Shown piece after piece: positions 32,519 through 41,765 of a stretch of 64,000 nucleotides of DNA (positions within the stretch are counted from its first letter, which is position 1; each line of letters begins with the position of its first letter). The stretch comes from Candidatus Latescibacterota bacterium (GTDB lineage Bacteria; Latescibacterota; UBA2968; GCA-2709665). The stretch covers positions 5,120,001 through 5,184,000 of the forward strand of contig OZ244744.1 of the NCBI GenBank assembly GCA_965219455.1, in the 5' to 3' direction. The translations under genes and the position numbers were made by a program. Below the pieces are notes generated by a model that made no database searches, had not been told where the DNA came from, and saw only the letters and a list, made by a program, of their open reading frames with translations.

Positions 32519-33886
32519 TTGAAGACACTTGAAGATCGAGACCTGGTCCGGCTTGCGGTATCCGGAGAGACGTGGGCGTTTGGCCGCCTGGTGGAGCGCT
32601 ATACCCGCCGTATCTACGGCAGGGTCTTGAGTGTCGTCAGGCAGCCTGAAGAGGCGGATGATCTGGTTCAGGAGATCTTCCTGCAGGCGTACCGCCGCCT
32701 CGGACAACTGCGCGACGGTCGTCGGTTTTCCGGCTGGCTGCTGAAAATTGCGGACAATGCGGCCTTCAGGTGGCGCCAGCGGCGAATGGTGCAGATCCGT
32801 TTCGAGCAGCTCTTGACAGCGGAATGGGGCGAACACGCCGTCGTCGAATCGGAGGCGGAGCGAGAGGCACGCATGATGGTCAGGCAGGCGATTCGCCAGC
32901 TTTCAGATGCGCATCGGGACGTGATCGAACATCATTACTTCAAGGGTCATTCCTACGAGGAAACGGCCAGCCAGTTGGGCCTGCAAATGAACACGGTCCG
33001 CAGCCGCCTGCAGAAGGCGAGGCAGCGGATCCGAAAGGAGATGAGCGAGATGAAAAACGGTGGACAGACCTACGATCTTACGGCGCAGGATCTTCAAGCA
33101 CTCTATTGGGCGACCCGGTTTGTGAGCCGGGACGAATCCCGTGGACGGCTTCAGGGGGTCTGCCTGGACACGGGCGGACTCGTTGTGGCGACAGACGGAG
33201 CGAGGTTGCTGCTGCGTACACTGGAGGGCGCGCAGGACCTGGAGACCCAGGTGATCCTGGGGCCCGGGTTTGAGCTTGACTCGCACCGGACAAAACGGGC
33301 AAATCTATCGATCGAGGATGAACAGGCGATGCTGTGCGCCGCGGGAGAGGAGGATCTGGTTATTCCGATTATCAAGGAACCCTATGTAAACTATGAGGCG
33401 GTCATTCCCGAGGCGGCGGGCATTCGTGTTAGGGTGACTGCGGGTGAATTGCTGAGAGCAATTAATCTGATTTCCGAACATCTTGACGCTCGACATCCGA
33501 CCTCCGCGACGTGGACATATCTGCAAAAAGTCGAGATCCAGATTTCCGCGGCGCTCGGGTCGCTTTCTCTGACCACGTCACGAGATATGGGTTATGTTCT
33601 CAGGGAGGGAAAAGGCGGCGGCATGGTCTCAATGGATGATGCCCCCTGGACCGGAGTTCCATATTGGAGGTACACCACATCCGTTGAGAGCGAGGTTACC
33701 CTGGACGACGCACCGCACCCATTCAGGATCTATGTAAATCACGCCTTTCTGAGCGATGTTGTATCCGGAATTGAAGCAGAAGGGCCGCTGGACATTTTCT
33801 TCGGCGACCCGCGGCAAGCTCTCCTTTTCGTCTCAACAGACCATCCGGACCGGAAGGCATTGCTGATGCCGTTGCGGATGGAGTAG
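32519..33886 (+). CDS. ECF sigma factor fused to a DNA polymerase III beta-clamp-like C-terminal region
   Basis: Sigma region 2 (DDLVQEIFL, FSGWLLKIA) and region 4 (SYEETA, TVRSRLQKAR); then SRDESR..LQGV..VATDGARL, YVNYEAVIP, ALLMPLR. Confidence 0.85.
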   Translation: MKTLEDRDLVRLAVSGETWAFGRLVERYTRRIYGRVLSVVRQPEEADDLVQEIFLQAYRRLGQLRDGRRFSGWLLKIADNAAFRWRQRRMVQIRFEQLLTAEWGEHAVVESEAEREARMMVRQAIRQLSDAHRDVIEHHYFKGHSYEETASQLGLQMNTVRSRLQKARQRIRKEMSEMKNGGQTYDLTAQDLQALYWATRFVSRDESRGRLQGVCLDTGGLVVATDGARLLLRTLEGAQDLETQVILGPGFELDSHRTKRANLSIEDEQAMLCAAGEEDLVIPIIKEPYVNYEAVIPEAAGIRVRVTAGELLRAINLISEHLDARHPTSATWTYLQKVEIQISAALGSLSLTTSRDMGYVLREGKGGGMVSMDDAPWTGVPYWRYTTSVESEVTLDDAPHPFRIYVNHAFLSDVVSGIEAEGPLDIFFGDPRQALLFVSTDHPDRKALLMPLRME

Positions 33887-33921
33887 ATGACATTTCGAAG
33901 ACGGCTTTCTCCATTTTAAAT

Positions 33922-33951
33922 ACCGGGCGCTCCCGTGAGGGAGCGCCCGGT
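33922..33951. terminator. Strong hairpin, probably a bidirectional terminator
   Basis: ACCGGGCGCTCCC-GTGA-GGGAGCGCCCGGT, 13-bp perfect stem between convergent units. Confidence 0.75.
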
Positions 33952-33983
33952 TCGACTTGCTGAAGGGAAATCGACCGCCTTTA

Positions 33984-34019
33984 TCAGGCGGTCGCCCTCC
34001 ACGTGGTTGTCTCCTTCAT
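33984..34019 (-). CDS. Candidate 11-aa small ORF MKETTTWRATA
   Basis: Strong GAAAGGAGG RBS 6 nt upstream; flanked by hairpins. Confidence 0.35.
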   Translation of the reverse strand: MKETTTWRATA

Positions 34020-34193
34020 GACTCGCCTCCTTTCTATCGCAAACAGGTCACGCGCCATGACCTGTCCGGATTCTGTTGACGCATCAACAATTACTTTACC
34101 GAACGGTCCGCATATATACACGCCAGTGGATGCACGTGCGTCCGCCCTTCTCCGGCGGACCGGCTGACGATGGTGATTCCTGTACGCTCCGGG

Positions 34194-35009
34194 TCAATGT
34201 CCGCGAGACGCCGAGCAGGTATCCCTCAAGACCGCGGTCACAGGCTCCAGGGAGGCGCCAGGAGCCAGTACGACATCGTATACAGACCGGTATTGTTCGA
34301 CGTGGTCGCAGTCGGCGGGGAAGGCAAAGCTGAGCAGGCGGGCGTGGCTGATGCCTGCAGCCATCTTTATATCTTCGATCGTGTCTCCAAGGAGCAGCAG
34401 GTTGCGGCGCCCGGCGAACTCGGGAACGATGGCCTCGTTCAGGGTGTGTTTGTTCAGGCTGTGGATAAGCGGCGTCTTGTAAGCCACCGCAATACCGTTC
34501 GGGTCAAAGACCAGCGTGTTGGCAACGATCATGACATTGGCGGTTTGTAAGCCATCTGCGGCGAGTCGGGCTTCGATGATTTCCTTGATGCCCGCGGACA
34601 GAATGATAAGGGGTATGCGGCGATCGTGGAGGGTTTCAAAAAAAAGGCGCGCACCATCTCGAAGTTGCGGCCGATTTTCGCTGACAATCCGATGGATCGT
34701 CTGTGTGCTGAATTTGTAATCGAGCAGCAGATCAAACTGCCGCGACCACCATCGAAGAAAGTGAGGCGACTTAACGCGTTCGGGCAAATCGATCGCGCGT
34801 TCGATTTTTCGATAGCGTTCAAACAATTCCTGGTAACGCCGGTTGAACGCCTGCCCAAGATGCCCACTGTTCGCGATAACCGAACAGGTGGACTGATCGC
34901 TGCCATCCTCCCCGGTGGATCGCGTCAGCGTCCGGTCCCAGTCGCTGACAACCAGGAGCCTGTCCGGGCCGTCGGCGTGAATTTGCTTCAGTTTGTAACG
35001 CCATCGCAT
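34194..35009 (-). CDS. HAD hydrolase, pyrimidine 5'-nucleotidase (UMPH-1/cN-III)-like
   Basis: VSDWDRTLT, RWW, LSAGI, IHSLNK, LLLGDTIEDIKM. Confidence 0.75.
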   Translation of the reverse strand: MRWRYKLKQIHADGPDRLLVVSDWDRTLTRSTGEDGSDQSTCSVIANSGHLGQAFNRRYQELFERYRKIERAIDLPERVKSPHFLRWWSRQFDLLLDYKFSTQTIHRIVSENRPQLRDGARLFFETLHDRRIPLIILSAGIKEIIEARLAADGLQTANVMIVANTLVFDPNGIAVAYKTPLIHSLNKHTLNEAIVPEFAGRRNLLLLGDTIEDIKMAAGISHARLLSFAFPADCDHVEQYRSVYDVVLAPGASLEPVTAVLRDTCSASRGH

Positions 35010-35038
35010 GCGGTATTCAGGCGTTCCGGGATGAATTT

Positions 35039-35350
35039 CTATTGCGAGGTTCCGGATTCCAGGGACTGGGACAGCACCTTTTTCAGAATCTTTCCGGGTT
35101 TGAACATGACTTTGCGGCGGGCGGGCACGTATACCGTTTCGCCGGTGCTGGGATTACGCGCCTGGTTCTTTTCCTTTGTCTCCTTGACTTCCCAGGAGCC
35201 AAACCCACGTATCTCAATACGTTTGCCTTTGCAGATGGAAGACGTCATGGCTTCAAAAAGGACGTCGACGGCTTCTAAGGCTTTGGTTTTGGGATGGCCG
35301 ATGTTGTCCGAAAGGTACCGTGCCAGAGAAGCCTTCGTGATCGTTGCCAT
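35039..35350 (-). CDS. HU/IHF family DNA-binding protein
   Basis: RIEIRGFGSW, ARNPSTGETV, FKPGK. Confidence 0.92.
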   Translation of the reverse strand: MATITKASLARYLSDNIGHPKTKALEAVDVLFEAMTSSICKGKRIEIRGFGSWEVKETKEKNQARNPSTGETVYVPARRKVMFKPGKILKKVLSQSLESGTSQ

Positions 35351-35396
35351 ACCCTACCCGTGATTGAGGCCGTTATTGGGAATTCGCGACCGGTGA

Positions 35397-35425
35397 ACGA
35401 TAACTCAGAAAATTTTCAATGTCAA
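35397..35425 (-). promoter_or_regulatory. Sigma70-type promoter of the HU/IHF gene
   Basis: TTGACA-17 bp-TATCGT. Confidence 0.55.
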
Positions 35426-35537
35426 TAGAAAAACAAGTAGAAAAACAAACCTCCGGAGTGAGAATCAGGCCATCCGGTCCACCCCAGCCGTCCCGAGAGA
35501 ATGTGAAAGGGATATCCTCCCGCCCTGCAAAGAACAC

Positions 35538-35566
35538 TTGCCCGGGTTTCACGCGGGATTTATATT
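35538..35566 (+). promoter_or_regulatory. Sigma70-type promoter of the lipoprotein gene
   Basis: TTGCCC-17 bp-TATATT. Confidence 0.45.
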
Positions 35567-35647
35567 GAAATTGAACACTGGAGCGGTCCGTGTATACGCC
35601 GATACGCGCGGGCTTCGCGTCGGATTATCAAGAGGAGATCGAATCTA

Positions 35648-36073
35648 ATGAAACCCATTCTGTTGGGTCTGCTGGCAATTTGTGTCTGCGCAGCCTGTGG
35701 CGGCGATGACGACGACAATAACCCCGCGGCTTCCGAGACACTGGCCGGTTCCTACGATCTTTTGAGGTTGACTCCTTCGGGGGGCTCGGCGATAGCACCT
35801 CCCGACGCCTCCGGGATAATGACGTTAACGGAAAACCGGTATTCGGTTACGGCCTCCTTCGTTACCGCCGGGTCAGCCGACGTGAACCGGGTCGCGCAGA
35901 CCGGGATGTACGAGAAATCCGGTGCGAATCTGAGTCTGACGTCGGACAGCGGAGGCGGCGCACAATCCGGCCAGGTTTTGGACGGCGGTAACACGATATC
36001 CATATCAATTTCGGTGCAGGCAGGCGGGCAGGCACAGACGATTTCGATGATCTTTGCCAAGGCCGGTCAATAA
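35648..36073 (+). CDS. Lipoprotein, possibly lipocalin-like
   Basis: Signal peptide with lipobox CAAC, acidic linker, LAGSYDL motif; GAGGAG RBS. Confidence 0.75.
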   Translation: MKPILLGLLAICVCAACGGDDDDNNPAASETLAGSYDLLRLTPSGGSAIAPPDASGIMTLTENRYSVTASFVTAGSADVNRVAQTGMYEKSGANLSLTSDSGGGAQSGQVLDGGNTISISISVQAGGQAQTISMIFAKAGQ

Positions 36074-36204
36074 GGACCGTTCGGACTCCGGGCGGACGAT
36101 TGCGGTTAATTTCCCGGAACTGTTCAGCAGGGGTCGTGTGGTTCCAGTGGTTTTCTACAAGACGGATTCGTCACGCAGTCCGTGGCTCGATACGTGGTGT
36201 TCGT

Positions 36205-36852
36205 ATGGTGCTTCGCATTCTGAACCCTCTGGTCCTCATACCGCTTTTCTTATTTGCGGCATGCAAGTCCGCCAAGGACACCGATCTGATCGCCATGGTA
36301 AAAAAGGGAGATGAAGAGGGGGTGAAGACACTTCTGGATGAAGGCGCCAACGCGAACAAAGAGGGCAAGGCGGGCACGACCCCGTTGATCGAGGCCGCAA
36401 AAAAGGGTGTTCCCGAAGTGTTGCAGCTTCTGCTCGATGCAGGTGCGGATGTCAACGACGATAACTACAGCCGAACGGCGTTGATGGAGGCCGCAATCAA
36501 GAAGGATTCCACGATCACAGAGATGTTGTTGGAGGCGGGTGCTGTCGTGGATGCCAGAGATCTGAACCATCGAACCCCTCTGATGTTCGCCGCCGACGCA
36601 GGACTGACGGGCGTGGTCCGCGTCCTGCTGGCTGCCGGGGCGGACGTGAATGCCTCTGCACGGTCCGGCTGGACGCCGCTGATCTACGCAGCCTACGGAG
36701 GGCACGGGACGGTGGTGACGCGTCTGCTGGATGCGGGCGCCGACGTGAACGCCATAACCAAAAATGGAAAGTCCGCAGTTTGGCTGGCCGAGTATCGGGA
36801 CAAGTCGGAGGTTGTCGAGATTCTAGGCGAGGCGGCTGCCAGTGATCGTTGA
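36205..36852 (+). CDS. Ankyrin-repeat lipoprotein
   Basis: FAAC lipobox; repeated TPL..AA..G...V..LL.AGADVN. Confidence 0.9.
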   Translation: MVLRILNPLVLIPLFLFAACKSAKDTDLIAMVKKGDEEGVKTLLDEGANANKEGKAGTTPLIEAAKKGVPEVLQLLLDAGADVNDDNYSRTALMEAAIKKDSTITEMLLEAGAVVDARDLNHRTPLMFAADAGLTGVVRVLLAAGADVNASARSGWTPLIYAAYGGHGTVVTRLLDAGADVNAITKNGKSAVWLAEYRDKSEVVEILGEAAASDR

Positions 36853-36883
36853 CCCAATGACACGCTAACGTTGGAGACATTTC

Positions 36884-36909
36884 AAAGGGCGCTCTTCGAG
36901 TGCCTTTTT
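36884..36909 (+). terminator. Rho-independent terminator
   Basis: GGGCGCTC-TTC-GAGTGCCT followed by T run. Confidence 0.6.
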
Positions 36910-37027
36910 CTCATGCGCGGATGGGTTTCCGGCGGAACCGGAGACACCTGTTTTTCACACCCGATCGGAAATTCGTCCATTTTCGACATCGGCAACAGGG
37001 CCATGTTGTAATGGGAGGGCAGGTTGC

Positions 37028-38149
37028 ATGATGATCTTGAATGCAGCGGTCATCGGTCTGGGAGGGCGGTCAAGGGCGCACATGTCCATTCTGCCGGTAC
37101 TCTCCGACAGGTACAGATTGGTAAGCGTGTGCGATATTGACGAGGACAGGGCGCGATCCGTGGCCGATCAGGTGGGTGCGAACGCGTATACGGATCTGCA
37201 GCTGATGTTGGATTCGGAGGCGCTGGATGCCGGCCTCATCGCGGCTCAACCGGAAATTCATCACGCGATCGCACGCATGTTGTCCGAAAGAAAGATCCAC
37301 ATCCTCACGGAGACTCCGATCGCCCTGACGTTGCCATGTGCGGACATGATGATCCGGGCTGCGGAGGAAAACGGTGTCTTTCTGGAAGTCTCCGAGAACG
37401 CCCGAAGATGGCCTCGTGAGAGGCTGAAACAGAAGATTGTAAAGGAGGGGCTTATCGGCGAGGTTCGGGAGTTCTACCTCTCCTACACCTCGGGCTCGTA
37501 TCACGGAATTAGCGCGATCAGGTCGATTCTGGGATCAGAGCCACGGGTGGTTTCAGGTACGTACCCCGACTCCCATGATGTGAGAGAACGGGGTATCATC
37601 GAGTGGTCGGACAAGCTCCGCGGGACATACGAACACAATGTGCAAAGGAGTAATTACTGGGAGGTTCTGGGTTCCGATGGAGCCATACGGGGAACGCAAC
37701 TCCATCTTTATCGTGGGGACAAGAAACTGGAGATCGTGACCGAGACTCCGGGCGAGGGAACGAAGAGAACGGCGCATCGATCCCGCGTGGGAACACAGCC
37801 GGAGGTCGTCTGGGAGAGTCCGCTCAGGGATTACATGCTTCCCAATGATGATAGCGTTGCCGTTGCCGAAGCCTGGTGCAGCCTGCACGATGCCGTGGTC
37901 CTCGGCAAAGCTCTGGAATATGGCGCGCGTAACGCCAGAAGGGATATCGAGGTGCTGATGGGTATCCGGGAATCGGCCGGCAAGGACGGGATACGCGTGG
38001 CGCTGCCTCTGGCGGATATTACCGAACACGAAAAAGGGATTCACTCGGCATTTGAAGAGGTGTATGGCGTCGATCTCCTTGATTTGACGCCCCGCCATCC
38101 CGCGCGGCGGGAATCGCTTCCCCCGCGGCTGCGTGGGCTATTGTATTGA
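37028..38149 (+). CDS. Gfo/Idh/MocA family oxidoreductase
   Basis: AVIGLGGR Rossmann start, VCDID, HILTETPIA, VSEN. Confidence 0.85.
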   Translation: MMILNAAVIGLGGRSRAHMSILPVLSDRYRLVSVCDIDEDRARSVADQVGANAYTDLQLMLDSEALDAGLIAAQPEIHHAIARMLSERKIHILTETPIALTLPCADMMIRAAEENGVFLEVSENARRWPRERLKQKIVKEGLIGEVREFYLSYTSGSYHGISAIRSILGSEPRVVSGTYPDSHDVRERGIIEWSDKLRGTYEHNVQRSNYWEVLGSDGAIRGTQLHLYRGDKKLEIVTETPGEGTKRTAHRSRVGTQPEVVWESPLRDYMLPNDDSVAVAEAWCSLHDAVVLGKALEYGARNARRDIEVLMGIRESAGKDGIRVALPLADITEHEKGIHSAFEEVYGVDLLDLTPRHPARRESLPPRLRGLLY

Positions 38150-38346
38150 GCAGGATCGCACGCGGAAAAACGGCCTCAGAACCAGCATGGCGACGAGATC
38201 CCCGGTCTCGGCGGCAGGACCCGCCGGTGGGCCCTGCTCCCAAACCCAACACGCCGCCGCTTGACCGCGGGTTGTCTAACGCTGTGGATTTCGAATCAAG
38301 TCCGGTCGGACCGGAACGAAGGTCCGCGTAACCACGGGAGAACAAC

Positions 38347-38724
38347 ATGATCAACAACATCCACAAGATCGCCGTCGTCAGCGACGATATCGAAGGGGCT
38401 GTTTGTTTCTACACCGGGACGTTGGGGCTGAAGGAAATAGAGCGCTTCCCGAATGAGGACGACGAGGACTTCGTCTTCCTCAAGGCCGGAAACATCATCC
38501 TGGAACTCATGCCCAAGAAGACCATGCAGGCGGACGTGGGCTTTCACCACATCTCATTCAAGGTTGGCAGCGTCGACCGCGGCGCCAGCGAACTCGAGGA
38601 CAAAGGCGTGGACGTTACCGTTGCGCCGTTTGATGCGGAGGGGACGGACATCCGGCTGAGCTTTTTCAGCGGCCCGAATGACGTGCTCCTCCAGTTGTTT
38701 CAACGCGAATCCGATCCTGCCTGA
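38347..38724 (+). CDS. VOC/glyoxalase family protein
   Basis: IAVVSDDIE...FY...LGL, LELM, FHHISFKV, FF.GP. Confidence 0.88.
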   Translation: MINNIHKIAVVSDDIEGAVCFYTGTLGLKEIERFPNEDDEDFVFLKAGNIILELMPKKTMQADVGFHHISFKVGSVDRGASELEDKGVDVTVAPFDAEGTDIRLSFFSGPNDVLLQLFQRESDPA

Positions 38725-38761
38725 GATGCAGCCTGTTTATTAGACGAACCGCACCCGACAG

Positions 38762-38790
38762 AAAAAACCCGTACGCTTGCAGGCGTACGG
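38762..38790 (-). terminator. Terminator downstream of the serpin gene
   Basis: A6 then CCGTACGC-TTGCAG-GCGTACGG, giving a U-tract on the minus strand. Confidence 0.65.
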
Positions 38791-38837
38791 ATTCTGGCGT
38801 CGCGCTTGTCGGATTCGAGTGCGGCCCCCGGCAAGTT

Positions 38838-40232
38838 TTATTGAGTCGGATCCATCACGCGTCCGACAAACAGGATGGCATCCGTGGCGTTGTCCCGAAT
38901 AAGGAAGATGAACGGCCGGTCGGCCGAGAAAGCCGGCGGTAACGAGGTTACCCCGATCGTCCCTCCCGTGGCCGCGGCGGCCTCGGTTCCGCGTTCGTTT
39001 ACCTTGACAAACGCCTTGTGAACGACCGCCGAACAGTAAAGGTCTTTCGTGGCTCTCATTCCTGAAAAATCTGCTGATTCCGGGTCGAATGCGTCCGGCA
39101 TCCCCATTCCGGCCAGGGTGTCGGCCAGCTTGAATTCAGATTTGATCTCGAAGGACGGAATGGAAAGCCTGATACGGACGGGCCGCATGCGCTTCGAAAT
39201 CTCACCGACGAGGTCGGCGCTTAACGAGCTTTCGAACTGATCGTACTTTCCTCTGGCGGGAAGGAGGATAATCATCGACATCTCCTTGCCCGAATAAAGC
39301 AGCTCCACCGCCTGGGCCTGGGACGATCCGTGGCGTGCGTAGTTGAAGGTCCTCGTCTGCCGCATCATCGGAACTTGAACCCGGCTACCGCTTAACAGGT
39401 GAAACGGACCCGTGGAGGTCCGTTTTTCGTCGAAGGGGAAGTGCCAGGCCGCGTTGAAATAGATGGCATTTGCGAGTACCAGCCGCGTCATACGATTGAT
39501 GAGACCCCGCGGAATCAGGTCCTGGATTCTGTCCTCCGTCCGGTCCGAAACCCAGTCGTTGATTGCCTCGCGCGACGCCTCCGGATCGGCGCTGAAATCC
39601 ACGGACCGCATCCCGGCGCCATAGTTCTCGGCCAGCGCGTCCAGAAAGTTAGGCAGGAACGCGTACCCCTTCTGTCCCCAGATGGCATTGGCGATATTCA
39701 GCCGAAATTTCCCTCCGTCCTGACCGGTGCTCTCCTCGCCGCGAGATGAAAGCGCGAGGTCGAGGACGTTGAATGCCGGGTGCAGTTGATCCGGAGGAAG
39801 GTGAAAACGCAGCACTTCTTCCATCTGCCGTGCCGTGCCGTCCCTGGCGCCCGTGTACATCATTGCCAGCGCCACGGAGATGCCGTGCGGTGAATAAAAC
39901 AGATTCCCGTCCTGCTTTCGTAAAACGCTGTAGAGGTCGAACGCGAACGCGCTGTTTCCCCGCACCAGTTCGTCCAGTTTCACGTCTGACGCGGAAAGCG
40001 AGGTAATCCGTGACTTCTCCGACGTGACCTGTTCCCCCGGAACATCATCCCTTTCATCCGGCGCCTCGTTCACAGGTAATTCCGCGCCGCATCCCGGTTG
40101 TGCGGCGATCAGGATCAAAGTCACGAACGCACGGAGCCATCTTCCGGTCGGGAGGCGAAACTTCATTCGAGTTGACCTTCTGCTCGTCGAGCCCATGACA
40201 AATTCGATGGCATTGCTTTGAAAGATGTACAC
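38838..40232 (-). CDS. Serpin family protein, probably exported or lipoprotein; true start may be downstream
   Basis: NSAFAFDLY, SPHGI, NAIYFNAAW, VPMM, hinge GTEAAAAT, ADRPFIFLI. Confidence 0.93.
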   Translation of the reverse strand: MYIFQSNAIEFVMGSTSRRSTRMKFRLPTGRWLRAFVTLILIAAQPGCGAELPVNEAPDERDDVPGEQVTSEKSRITSLSASDVKLDELVRGNSAFAFDLYSVLRKQDGNLFYSPHGISVALAMMYTGARDGTARQMEEVLRFHLPPDQLHPAFNVLDLALSSRGEESTGQDGGKFRLNIANAIWGQKGYAFLPNFLDALAENYGAGMRSVDFSADPEASREAINDWVSDRTEDRIQDLIPRGLINRMTRLVLANAIYFNAAWHFPFDEKRTSTGPFHLLSGSRVQVPMMRQTRTFNYARHGSSQAQAVELLYSGKEMSMIILLPARGKYDQFESSLSADLVGEISKRMRPVRIRLSIPSFEIKSEFKLADTLAGMGMPDAFDPESADFSGMRATKDLYCSAVVHKAFVKVNERGTEAAAATGGTIGVTSLPPAFSADRPFIFLIRDNATDAILFVGRVMDPTQ

Positions 40233-40388
40233 GGACGAACCCTCAGTGCCTATATTAGAAAGACAATTTTCTTGTACCTAAAGCTGACATCTCACATGTG
40301 CTATAGACGCCCGGTGGGGCGGAGAGTTGCTTGTTAGCAGTTGGCAGATGCCCCACGGAACATCAAGATTTGTCAGTTCCTTCCTGTC

Positions 40389-40505
40389 GTCCGTGCTCGT
40401 GTTTGTGAATGGCTTTAAAGAGATGCGGTTTTGCCTCAAGATGAAATATCATTATTGGTGTCATTCCTGCTTTTGTCGTATAGCGGGGTTTCTCGGGAAA
40501 CGCCG
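40389..40505 (+). repeat. Diverged 117-bp direct repeat, copy 1
   Basis: Colinear with 42535-42651: GTCCGTGCTCGTGT.TG.GAATGGCTT...ATGC.GTTTTGC...TGTCATT.CT.CTTTTG...GTTTCTC. Confidence 0.75.
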
Positions 40506-40664
40506 CGAAAGTTCAAGTTGAAATTAACCAGGCAGCTTCGGAATCCCTCCATAGCGACACCTCTCTGCCCATCGCCAAGCCGAGTTCCGCCGGATCGCTG
40601 TGGAAGTGATCAATCACTTGGGTGTCGAGGTGATGATGGTGTTTCGGGTATAGGGAGACGGACC

Positions 40665-41765
40665 ATGGCCAGACTTGATGGGATCATTATCGAAGGCTTT
40701 AAGAGCATTGCGTTTGTCAGGCAAAGGTTGCGTCCTCTCAACGTGCTGATCGGAGCCAACGGTTCGGGAAAGTCGAATTTCATTGCTGCAATTTCGTTCC
40801 TGCGCGCCGTCGTTCAGCGACAGTTGCAACGCTACGTCGGACAAGCGGGTGGAGCAGATCGGATCCTGCATTTCGGATCTAAGGTGACATCAAAATTGGA
40901 TATGCAAGTCTTGTTTGACGGAAACACGGCCGGTTATGCAATCGAATTGCGTAGAGACGATTCCGATGGGCTTTTTGTGAATAATATGGCGTTCCACCCG
41001 TCCGATCCCAATAACGAAATAACACGACAAATGACTTTGGACGAATCTCACAACTATCCTCTGCCGCCAGAGCACATTCGCCGACATATTGAAAGTTGGC
41101 AAACCTACCATTTTCACGACGCTGGCCCCACGTCACCAATGAAGATGACCGCCGATGTCAATGACAATAGGTACCTTCGCCCCGACGGATCGAACCTGTC
41201 CGCGTTTCTCTTTTTTCTTCGAAATAAACATGGCGGCTCCTACACGCAGATTCGGCGAACCATTCAACTGGCAGCGCCGTTCTTCGAAGACTTCGCACTC
41301 GAACCCACGGCGCTGAACGAAGACAAGATTCGTTTTGAGTGGCGGCACTCGGGATCGGAAGCCTTCTTCGACACATCGTCACTGTCCGACGGAACGCTAA
41401 GGTTTATCGCTCTGTCCACTCTTCTCCTTCAGCCGGCTTCGCTGCGGCCGTCCGTGGTGCTCGTGGATGAGCCGGAGCTCGGATTGCATCCTTATGCAAT
41501 TACACTTCTGGCTTCCATGCTGAAGCAGGCATCCGCGGAATCCCAGGTTATCGTCGCGACGCAGTCACCGGTGCTGTTGGATCATTTCGACCCGATTGAC
41601 GTGATCGTGGCGGACCGCGTGAGGGGTGCGACAACGCTCCAGAAGTTTGACGCCGTGGACCTTGCGGCCTGGCTGCAAGAATACAGCCTGGGCCAGCTTT
41701 GGGAAAAGAATGAAATCGGTGGGCGTCCTTCCGCAGAGGAAACAGGCCGTGGATCTTTGCAATGA
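40665..41765 (+). CDS. AAA_21/ABC-type ATPase
   Basis: GFKSI, GANGSGKSN, LSDGTLRF, VDEPELGLHP, ATQSP; start set at ATG 40665. Confidence 0.9.
   Translation: MARLDGIIIEGFKSIAFVRQRLRPLNVLIGANGSGKSNFIAAISFLRAVVQRQLQRYVGQAGGADRILHFGSKVTSKLDMQVLFDGNTAGYAIELRRDDSDGLFVNNMAFHPSDPNNEITRQMTLDESHNYPLPPEHIRRHIESWQTYHFHDAGPTSPMKMTADVNDNRYLRPDGSNLSAFLFFLRNKHGGSYTQIRRTIQLAAPFFEDFALEPTALNEDKIRFEWRHSGSEAFFDTSSLSDGTLRFIALSTLLLQPASLRPSVVLVDEPELGLHPYAITLLASMLKQASAESQVIVATQSPVLLDHFDPIDVIVADRVRGATTLQKFDAVDLAAWLQEYSLGQLWEKNEIGGRPSAEETGRGSLQ

Noticed and set aside
40260-40660. Attachment-site copy of the tRNA-Ile2 3' end at the left island edge
   Set aside because: No convincing match to TGGTGGGCCCTGCAGG found by eye (only CGGTGGGGC near 40312) and no integrase in the window; tRNA-targeted integration is unproven
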